Assembly (NCBI GenBank): GCA_043228905.1
Contig: JBHGNT010000002.1
Location: forward strand, 6,696,001-6,760,000
Direction of reading: 5' to 3'
Length of the DNA stretch: 64,000 bases
DNA from: Azolla caroliniana
Lineage: Eukaryota; Plantae; Polypodiophyta
The notes beneath the pieces were generated by a model. That model saw nothing but the letters and a program-made list of their open reading frames with translations, was not told where the DNA came from and ran no database searches. Position 1 is the stretch's first letter, and each line of letters starts with the position of its first letter. Below, piece after piece: positions 39,000 to 49,357 of this stretch. A program made the position numbers and the translations under genes.

Positions 39000-40660
39000 T
39001 CCGCCATTGATTCGTCCATAGCCACCTTCGGTTCGATGTCATCTTTCGTGGCGACCTCCTCAATCAAGTCCTCCTTGCTCTCTTTCACTGCATCAATTAT
39101 GCAAACATAAATTATGATGACCCCTTTTTCACCCGATGTTTCGAGCACTTGTATTCCGAAATCTTCTTCTACACTTGGGTTATTGGCCTTATCCTTCGTC
39201 ATCGTTCTTTCGCAAGACAAGAGGGTAGCTTGTTTTACACCCTCTTCCGTTGCACCATCATGTTGTATTTCGGCCTTCATATCGGCTCCATCGTTTGTCT
39301 TCAATCGACCATCCTTCATCGGCCATGTCGTTGACAAGATTCTCATCTTCCTCTCATCATGTCTCCGGCGTACCCTTTGGACTTCGGCCCAATCTTCAGT
39401 AAGACCATTCGCACCGTCATCGTCTTCGAGTTCGATCCCGATGTCCATCCTTTCTTTTCGATCGATCGATTTTACGAACATTAGGACTTTATCCTCTCCC
39501 ACCAATCTTTGTTCCCGCTTCGAGAGTCAAGCAAAACGATGCTCGAACTCTAGGAATACTTGTGTTGCACTCCGATAGGTCTTCTCAGATGCCACCCATT
39601 CATCGAATTCTCGCCGATCTTGTCCCTTCGATCTCTTGAAATCATATGCCTCTCGTAAAGCTTCTTCAAAGGACTCCCATGTTGGGGTATGTTGCCCTAT
39701 TTTGTGGATTCTCTCTTGTAACTCATCTATGACTACTCAATTGAAGGACGTCACATGCAATCCTTCCGGTATCCCACATCGCATCATCTCGGCCTTGTAT
39801 TCACATAGATATCGTGACACATCCTTTCCGTCGAATTCCCCGTTTCTTTGCACAAGCCGCACTACTGTTGATTTCATCTCCGACATTGTGCATTGCTGTT
39901 CTCGCATCCGCTTAATCATCATCATCATCATATTCATCGCATCTTGTTGATTCTCCATCTCCTTACCACCCCTCTTCACGTCAGGTTCACCAAATGTGTC
40001 GTGCCTTTCGGCGTCAGATCGTTTGTGTGAGCCGGGTGGGAACCGTTGGGGTTTTGGACTAGGAAGAGGAAGAATTTGAGGCGATTTTAAATATGAATAG
40101 ATTATTATAAACTTGTGAATCCCACAAGTATAATATATTTTATTAATCAGTATTTAGATAAGAATATGTATTTAGATTGAAAGAAAGATATAAGAAACTT
40201 GTGAATCCCACAAGTATAGATTATATTATTTTCGTGAATCCCACGATTATATTAATTGGTTGGTGTTTTCGGAAATATATCCAATTTCCAAGTATTTCAC
40301 ACACCCCCCCATTACATTGTGCTCCCCCATCCTTATGTACTGATGAGGGAGTCTTACAATCCATACTTTTTCTTCTCTAACTATAGACTCCATGCTTTTC
40401 CTATAGATAGACTATATGCTTTATCTAAAGTGATCATGCTTTTTCTATCTTGTGCGTTTTTTATCGACGATAGTGTTCATGCACGCTAGATATGCATGTG
40501 TAGCTTTTTCTTTTAGCATGCGTTTTTCGTTTAACTAAAGTTTAACTAAATCTTGCCCTATGCATGTATGATTTATTTTGACATTTTCTTCTATTTTATC
40601 ATATTTACTAAAACGTTACTTTATAAGTTTTTTATGTAATGTACAAAATACACTACGACA
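39000..40660 (-). mobile_element. 5' half of a Trp-primed Gag-tail element (W-A), reverse strand
   Basis: LTR 39997-40660; PBS at 39976-39992; gag ORF pieces 39737-39979 and 38813-39505 (DKVLMFVKSID..IELEDDDGANGLTEDW); the outer flank is ACGT. Confidence 0.88.
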
Positions 40661-43600
40661 ACGTTGTCATGAAGATTTCCGGCTACGGTGTGAAACCGGG
40701 ATGGAATGGGCAAGTCGGTGGTGTACAACATGTGCACATGTATACTAGGAAATGGTGTATAGAAATAAGAGGGGAAATTTTATCCCACATTGTAAGGTCC
40801 CTCCCTCCTTGGGCTATAAAAGGAAGGGAGGGGTCACTTATGAAGGGGTTGCCTATTTTGAGTGAGAGAGGTATACCACTTAGGTCGAGGGTTTTCTTCT
40901 GGGTTTCTTTTTGGGTTTCTATGCTTCTTTGCTTACTTATCGGGTTAGGGTTTTCTTGTAGTCATTTTGGGTGCAGCCTATGCGACCTTGGTTGTAATCA
41001 TTTGTGAACTCTTAATATAGCATGTTGATGTTTCTTTTCTTGTGGGTGTATCTTGCCTCCATCTATTCTATTCTATGTTAATGTGCTATTCTTCCCCCTT
41101 CTCCTCTTGAGCTAAACTTCCATTTTGTGTCTTATTCCTTCTCCTCTACTCCCTAGTCCCAAACCCCCGTGGTCCCGCCTCAAATCCTACACGTACTCGC
41201 GGAATATCGCGACATCTTTGGTGAACCCGACGTGAAGAGGCGGCAAGGGAGGACGGAGATGGAAGACCAAGACTTCGACTTTGCGGAGATGATGGCGAAG
41301 ATTGTGATGGATGCCTGACGGAAGAAGACGAGGCAAGATGCGGCGCAACAGGCCATCGAGAGGGTGGTCGATCAAGTCGGCCGATTCAATGGGAATGATG
41401 TCCCGAGGTTCTTGGAAGCGTACAATGCTGAGATGACGAAGAGGGGCGTGGACGAAGCGATGCGGCTAGAATATTTTCATCGAGTGGCGGCTGTATCGGT
41501 GCACAAAGAGGTCAAGGAGCTTCAAGAAGCTCACGAGTCGTGGGAGTCCTTTTGAGGGAGCTCTATTGGAGGCATACGGATACGCGAAGCCGGAGTGGGT
41601 ATGCCGGCAAGCAGATGGGGAGTGGTCGGCAACAATGTGGCCCGCGAGCAGCGGAGAAGAGAGGGTGGTGAGTGGCTACGCACTACCGCCGGAAGAGAGC
41701 TTGACACGCGACAAACCGAAGGAGTACAACCTAGAGGCATTGGTATGGGAAGCGTGCGAGAGCGTGAAGGCGAAGTTCGAAGCCAAAGAAGGGCTTATTA
41801 TGGAGTCGGGCGGGAGACGATTGGAGGATGCGGAGGAAGAAGCCTCCCTATGCATGGACGATGGGGCCTATGCGGAGGCCGGAAGAACATTCAACGGCGA
41901 CGACGTGGGAGATGGTGCGGAGCAAGCGACCCTCTCGTCTTGCGAAAAAGGGACGGCCATGGATGAGGCCGATGACTACGAAGCGGGGAGTGCCACTTCG
42001 AGAGTGGGCGGAGGATTCGGGACACGGTGGCCCGAAACATCAAGCGGGGAGGAGACAAGCGGTGGTGTCAGGACCTTACCCACACCGATTCTAGAGACTC
42101 CGGTGTCCGGCCCGAGAGCCGGTGTGAGACCTAGAGTGACGAACAATGGCAGCAGCAAGGCGGGTAACCAAGACGACGGCAAGGAGATCGAGGAAGAAGA
42201 GGCGGCAAGCGTAATCGAGTCTTGTGCGATCGGAGACGGGGTAGCCGCGGACAACGACGTCCGGATGGAGGCGGCTACTGGCATAACGAGTGGCGGTGCC
42301 GGGACCTTACCCACACCGGTTCTAGAGACTCCGGCATCCGGCCCGAGAGCCGATGTGAGACCTAGAGTGATGGACGGTGGCGGCAGCAAGGCAGGCAACC
42401 GAAACGACGAACAGGAGGATGTGAGGCCCGGAATGGGCGTATACAAAGGGGCCGAAGGAGAGACCGGGAGCAGCAAAGAGGCGAGAGTCGGGAACCGACC
42501 CGACCGGAAGATGGCTAGGAAGAAGAACGGAGCAGGGGCCAGTGAATCGGGCCCAAACCGAAGAAGAGCTGGCAAGGCCAGATTTGTTCGAACAAACGTG
42601 TACCGGCTGGTGACGATTGTGAAAGAGAGCCAACCGAACCGGAACACGATCGGTCGAGGCCGATCCGGGCAAAGGTTATGTTGGCATCATTGGAGGTCGA
42701 GGCACAAGGGTCACAACACCCGGTGCGAGCCGGTGAGCACGAGAAGGAGGTTAGTTAGGCACGATGAGTACGGTTCAGTGAAGGACCGAGAGCGAGAGGA
42801 ACCCTCCACACCCATTCTAGAGATTTCGGCGGTTGCGGATCAACATAAGACCGGAGAGAAGGCTGGTGGCGGCGAAGAGTCAGAGGCCGACGCAGAGTTC
42901 GGGTCTACGGCGAGAGAAGGGCGTAAAACGGAGCATGCACTACAGCCGGCGAAGGGCAAAGAAGCAAGCATGCACCCGGAAGAGCGGCAACGAGTGACCG
43001 GCAACGGCGAACCGTTTGAGCCTTTCAGAGGCGAGCGTGCGGCAAAAGACAGAGCGATGAGATGTCGGGATCGGAGGATGAACGGTGAGAGCGGAGGATA
43101 GTGCGCGGAGAGCGACGGGCTACGCATCGGGAAGAGAAAGTGCGACTTCCTAGAGGGCATGCGAGGCCAAGCGAGCCAAGAGGGCGCAAATCGAGACGAA
43201 GCGGTAACAAGAGCCACGACGGACACTGACACTGAGGTCGGGATGACGGTGCGCTCTACCACGAGAGAGCATTGCAAGCAAGGGAGAAATGAGGAGCATG
43301 TAATGGGATCACCTAAGGACCGAAGGACGCGCGCGTATTCGGAGGACAACGATGACACACAGGAAGATCCTATGGAAGGCACGCGTGGAGCAGAGAGAGT
43401 CGGCACACCGAGGTGTTCGAGACGTGGAGACGATCGAGCCGAAGGAGGGACATACGCGGCACGAAAAGGGTGGAATCCAGCGTGCGATTGGAGTGACCGG
43501 GGGCCCAATCAGAGAACATATGTGGCGGACAAAGTCGGGGTGACCAAGTCGGCAACGGCGTTCGGGAGGACCGATCGGGAAGGAAGGCGCAAAAGTCGGA

Positions 43601-44598
43601 TATGGCGGATCAGATGGAGCCAACGGTTCGGGGACACGCGGTGGACGTGGTGGATTGGATGGAGCCGGCGGGTCGGGGCCGGTAAGGAGCCGGCAAGACG
43701 GATCGGCGCCGGCAAGATATCGGCAAGACGGTCGGGTGCCGGGAAGGCTAAGAACCCAGTTGATCACCATCGCCGAAATCTCTCACCCTTTCCCTTTCTT
43801 GGCACGTACCGATGGACGTGCGGTTTGATGGGGCTGGATGTTATGAAGATTTCCGGCTACGGTGTGAAACCGGGATGGAATGGGCAAGTCAGTAGTGTAC
43901 AACATGTGCACATGTATACTAGGAAATGGTGTATAGAAATAAGAGGGGAAATTTTATCCCACATTGTAAGGTCCCTCCCTCCTTGGGCTATAAAAGGAAG
44001 GGAGGGGTCACTTATGAAGGGGTTGCCTATTTTGAGTGAGAGAGGTATACCACTTAGGTCGAGGGTTTTCTTCTTGGGTTTCTTTTTGGGTTTCTATGCT
44101 TCTTTGCTTACTTATCGGGTTAGGGTTTTCTTGTAGTCGTTTTGGGTGCGGCCTATGCGGCCTTGGTTGTAATCATTTGTGAACTCTTAATATAGCATGT
44201 TGATGTTTCTTGTCTTATAGCATATTTGAGCTAAACTTCCATTTTGTGTCTTATTCCTTCTCCTCTACTCCCTAGTCCAAGACCCCCGTGGTCCCGCCTC
44301 GGATCCTACACGTTGTCGTGAAGAATTTCGGCCAGAGACGGAAACCGGGAAACACTGGCTACATCGGCGAGGTGCAGCGTGTGTATGCACCCATGTACAT
44401 TTAGTGTGAATAACGAGGGCACCTTTATGGCGCCGAAGAGTAGTCAAGTCGGGACAGGCGATCCCATGTAAGTCGGTATTTATCCCACATTGTAACGCAT
44501 CCCTCTCCTTGTTCTATAAAAGGAAGGGAGCGCCCTTTGTGAAGGGGTTGCCCATTTTGGCGTTAGAGGGTATACCGTTAGATTTAGGGTTAGTTACG

Positions 44599-44648
44599 CT
44601 TCTTCTTCTTCTTCTTCTTCTTCTTCTTCTTCTTCTTCTTCTTCTTCC
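44599..44648 (+). repeat. (CTT)n microsatellite in the W-C LTR (also ~49315-49361)
   Basis: Visible directly; one unit shorter in the 3' LTR. Confidence 0.95.
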
Positions 44649-45211
44649 TTTCGTGTTTTGCTTAGGGTTTGCTTTGGCTCGGTCTCCTGTGCAAGACCCC
44701 GCTCGGCGCGACGAGCCGAGAGCTCCCCGACGGCGGCTTGACAGCAGACGACTGTTGTAACCTACCTTGGTCCGGCTCGAAGCCGGAAATGTATTCTTCC
44801 CTTTATATATATACATTTGCGTCAGTCTATGTATATTCGCGTCTCTGTTGGTGTCGGGTGCTTCCCCTTTCCTGCGTTTCCTGTACATAGGGGCGTGAGT
44901 CGGGTCGGCATGTGTGTGTATGTGCGTGTGTGTGCGTGAGTCGGTGTTAAGCGCGCGCTCCCTCTCTTTCTCTCTCTCCCTTCGGTCACTTCCGGTGTTC
45001 TTCTGGGATTCCCCAGAAACGGTGAAGCACGACTTCCTACGCTCCGTCACTCCCTAGTCCAAGACCCCTGTGGTCCCGCCTTTCTCCACGCACGCGCGTA
45101 ACAACAGGACATCTTTGGTGAACCCGACGTGAAAGGCGGCAAGGGAGGATGGAGTCGGAAGACGATGACCTCACGGTGATGGTGGCCGAAGTGGTGTTGG
45201 AGTCGGCATGA

Positions 45212-46513
45212 GTGGTGATGTGGCGAGAAGCAACGCAACAAGCGGTTGAGCGAGTGGTCGAAAGAGTCGGCCGTTTCAACGGGGACAAAGTCCCATCTTA
45301 CTTGGAAGCCTACAATGCGGAAATGGAGCGTGGCGTAGACGAGTCATTGAGGCTGGAGTTCTTCTGTCAGGTCGTAGCTGTCCGGATGCATGCGGAAGTA
45401 AAGGAGCTCCGTGAAGCTCATAGTTCGTGGGAGGCCTTCGAAGAGGCGCTCCTGAAGGCATACGGAGGACGGCAGAAGAGCCGGGGACGACACGACTTTG
45501 ACCAGTGGGTAGCATCGGCAAAGACCCATCGGGGCGTGACCAAGGCGTTCCGAGAGTTCGAGCGACGGCTTGCTCGGCTCCCGGAGCGGGAACCAGGTTT
45601 GGTGGGGGCAGACAATGTCCTATTGTTCGTCAGGTCGATCGACCAAGCAGAACGGGAGGCCATCAAGATTGAGCTCGAAGATGATGACGGAGCGAATGGG
45701 CTTACGGAGGACTGGTCGAAGGTCGGAAGGGTGTGCCAACGGCTAGACGATGAGCGAGCCGAGAAGGCTAAAAGGAAGGGGCGCGACGGCGTGCCATCAC
45801 AGCGGGAAGAGGCCAAACGACAAAGGGAGTTGGCAAGGATCGGCGTTGAGACCCGGATTGCGGAGGCGTACGCAGCTCTCGAGGCGATGCTCGAGGAAGA
45901 GGAAAGACCGAGGCCGCAAGCCGAGACTGAGGAGACGGACTTGCCCCACGCGACGGCGGAAGATCGGTACGACGGTACCACGGGAGAGGGTGCGGAACAA
46001 AACGCCCTCTCGACTTGCGGAGATAGAACGGCCAAGGACGAGGCCGAGATACAGATCGCAGGACCGGGTAGTTGGGACCAGCGGTTTCGGGCGTGTCAGC
46101 CCGAAACCCCGGAAATCGGAGAAGCAAGCCCAGGCGGGGCTTGCGCGATCGGTAAGAAGACGACCGCCGACCACGAAGAGTCGGTGGCTACGGACAAGGG
46201 CGTAAAACGGACGGGCGATTCTTTGTGTCTTCCCACACTTGCTCCCGAGACGATGGCAGTCGGGCCCGAGTGCCCACGTGAGTCCCAACCGGAGGAAGGC
46301 GGCGGCGAAGGACCAAGAATCACTGGCGAGACGATACAAGGAAGGAGCGGACGAAAGCCCACGGACCCAATTTCGGAGAACTCGGCGTTTGGGCCCGTAT
46401 GCCCATGTAAGACCGAGGAGATGGATGGCGGTACCGAGGAGTCCTGGCACGATGCCAGCGAAGATGGATGGGAGATGGCCATCGAAAGGGGTGACAAGGA
46501 GACCAAGGAATGA
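45212..46513 (+). CDS. Gag-like protein of W-C (capsid-like N-terminus plus acidic disordered tail), 433 aa
   Basis: GRFNGDKVPSYLEAYNAEM..W..FEEAL..VLLFVRSID aligns by eye with Gypsy-W1 gag; the start codon is uncertain. Confidence 0.75.
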   Translation: MVMWREATQQAVERVVERVGRFNGDKVPSYLEAYNAEMERGVDESLRLEFFCQVVAVRMHAEVKELREAHSSWEAFEEALLKAYGGRQKSRGRHDFDQWVASAKTHRGVTKAFREFERRLARLPEREPGLVGADNVLLFVRSIDQAEREAIKIELEDDDGANGLTEDWSKVGRVCQRLDDERAEKAKRKGRDGVPSQREEAKRQRELARIGVETRIAEAYAALEAMLEEEERPRPQAETEETDLPHATAEDRYDGTTGEGAEQNALSTCGDRTAKDEAEIQIAGPGSWDQRFRACQPETPEIGEASPGGACAIGKKTTADHEESVATDKGVKRTGDSLCLPTLAPETMAVGPECPRESQPEEGGGEGPRITGETIQGRSGRKPTDPISENSAFGPVCPCKTEEMDGGTEESWHDASEDGWEMAIERGDKETKE

Positions 46514-49322
46514 CCCGACTGGGGACTGAACCACGCGACGCTCCGGTACGGGTGGAGCGTGATCTGGTCGTGGATTGTTCGATCGGGGCCAGAATCAGCA
46601 TAAAGGTGCCGATACGGGAGAGAGTGCGGGACGAGCCGCCCTCTTTTACATGGGGAGAAAGACCGACCGGGCGAAGGTCGAGAGTTGGAAGGAAGGTGAT
46701 CAAAGGTTCGGAACGAGTCTGGCAAGATCGGCATCGGAGCCGAAACTCCGGACATTGGAGAATCAAGCTCAGGCGGGGCTTGATTGATCACAGAGCAGAT
46801 GCTATCCACCGACACCACTAAAAGGGGCGGTGGTCCAGACGAGTTGCAAAAAGACGTTGCGAAATCGGTTACGCCACATATTATCCGGAGACTTCGGCAG
46901 TTCGGCCAACGTGGCAACGTGAGACCTAGGGAGAAGGCTGGTGGCGACAGGAGAACAGGACCCGACAATATGGAGAAGGACGAACGAACCCAGACGAGAA
47001 CCGGGCGGAGCGGACTCCCGGATGACCATTCCGGGAGGGAGGAAGAGAGCAGGCCTACGGAGAGGCCGAGGAGACAGTACGTCGGTACCACGGGAGAGGG
47101 TGCGGAACAAAATGCCCTCTCGGCATGCGGAAAAGGACGACCCGGGACAGGGTCAGGAAGACAAATCCGCGGCCCAAGGAGGATCCTTCACACCGGTTCT
47201 AGAGACTTCGGCAGTCGGCAACGCGGCCGACATAAGACCAAGATACTGACGCTGGCGGCGAGGTGACGAAGGAAAGGGCTACGGATGGGCGGCCCAAGGA
47301 GGATCCTTCACACCGGTTCTAGAGACTTCGGCAGTCGGCAACACGGTCGACGTAAGACCAGGATACTGACGGTGGCGGCGAGGTGATGAAGGCAAAAGGG
47401 CTACGGATGGGCGGTCTACGGAGATCCTCACACCGATCCGGCGGTCGACCCAAGAGCCGGCGTGAGTCCTATAGGGAAGATCGGTGGCGGCAGGAGAACG
47501 TGATCGGACGGCAAGAGGCGACGAACGGCAAGGAGGTATCAGGCCGGCGAGGCGGCCGCTAACCAAATCGGACCTTCCGGCAAGGTCAATGGGCGTCAGG
47601 AAATCCGGTCCTACGGGATCCCCACACTTAACCAGAGACTCCGGCAGTTCGGCCAACGTGGCAACATGAGACCGAGAGAGAAGGTTGGTGGCGGCGGGAA
47701 ACGGGACCCGACTACGCGGAAGACACGAGGAGAGTCGTGAAGGACTCCGACAAAAGACACCCAGATCTCGGCAAGCGACGAAACAAAGATAGGTCCTATG
47801 GGACCCTCACACCCCGGAGACTCCGGCAGTTCGGACAACGTGGCAATGTGAGACCTAGGGAGAAGGACGGTGGCGGCAGGGAACGGGACCCAATGACACG
47901 AGGTAGCGGATCGAGAGTCGGTAAGACGGGGCGGACGAAGTGCGAAACCCTCACCGGCCGGTTACGGTTTCGGAAGTAGCTTGTAGGGGCAAACACAAGG
48001 AGGTGTGTCGGGCCGGAAAGGCACACCAGGGACGGAACAAGAGTCTCGCAAGTGGCCATCGCGGGCCGGATCAAAGCGTGACTACGGGACAGCGTTCGGC
48101 ACAGGCGGTGCCGAACAAAGGAATCGGAAGACGGCATAAGGGAGGTGCCGGGAACGAGGTGACGAGTGCCTAGTGGACTGCACAGGGTCGGAGTCAGGGG
48201 ATGGCAAGAGAGGCCAAAGGAGGATCTTCCACACTCGCTTCGTAGGTCTCGGTAGCTCCGTCGAAGTAGCGAAGACTGACACGGCAAGCCCGAGGGTGAC
48301 AAGCTAGTGTGGGCGAGGGGACGATAGCAAGCGGAAGACTCAGGACCTGTTGCAGCAGCACGAAGACAAGAAGGGCCAAGCGGGCTACCACGAGGTGTTC
48401 CTCGAGTGCGGAGGACACCAGTATGCGGGTGAGTGGCGATGCGCGATCTGGCCGGGAAACGGGCCAACAAGGCGTGTAATGAACCGGAGTACGGCACAGC
48501 CAGTGCCAAACAACGGACGAGTGAATGTGGCACACGGAGGTGCCGGAGCGGAAAGGCGAGCACGGAGATGGGTTGCGTGGTTCGGAGGTAGCGTGTAGAA
48601 GGCCGAGAAGGATCCTCCACACCATTCCGGAGACCATGGTGGTTCGAGCAGACGTGACGATGTAAGACCATGGAGAAGGAAGGTGGCCGCGAGAGGACGA
48701 AGGCAATGCGAAACAACATGGGACGACAATCAAGACAACACGAATGCTCAACGGAGGACATTGGGCATACGGCGGGGAGCGGGGCGTGCATACGGCCGAA
48801 CAAGGGCCAGCGGAAGTACGCGTACTACGGAGATCGCGGTGGAGGACCCATCGACGGGTCGAACGAGCCTACGGGGAGGTAAGCTCGAAGGAAGAACCGA
48901 AGCCGACGGATCAAACCGGCAACGAGCCGGGATGCGGATTACGGAAGACCGGTTTCTCACCGGCCGAAATCTCTCACCCTTCACCGGAATTGGCACATAC
49001 CGATGGACGTGCGGTTAGGTGGGGGCGGATGTCGTGAAGAATTTCGGCCAAAGGCGGAAACCAGGAAACATTGGCTACATCGGCGGGGTGCAGCATGTGT
49101 ACGCACCCATGTACATTTAGTGTGAATAACGAGGGCACCTTTATGGCGCCGAAGAGTAGTCAAGTCGGGACAGGCGATCCCATGTAAGTCAGGATTTATC
49201 CCACATTGTAACGCATCCCTCTCCTTGTTCTATAAAAGGAAGGGAGCGCCCTTTGTGAAGGGGTTGCCCATTTTGGCGTTAGAGGGTATACCGTTAGATT
49301 TAGGGTTAGTTACGCTTCTTCT

Positions 49323-49357
<35 letters not shown>

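Noticed and set aside
44582-44670. tttagggtt telomere-like motifs
   Set aside because: Isolated telo-box-like words inside LTRs, not a tandem telomeric tract
44509-45050. Poly-Leu and poly-Arg ORFs as membrane or basic proteins (also 49225-49763)
   Set aside because: They are translations of the (CTT)n microsatellite within LTRs
46230-48690. Repeat-and-spacer look of the W-C interior as a CRISPR-like array
   Set aside because: Units are long, degenerate and irregularly spaced, lie inside an LTR element in a eukaryotic context, and no cas genes are present
41976-48803. Long antisense ORFs (223, 331, 335 aa and others) as genes
   Set aside because: Shadow frames of GC-rich, purine-biased repetitive sequence with no recognisable motifs
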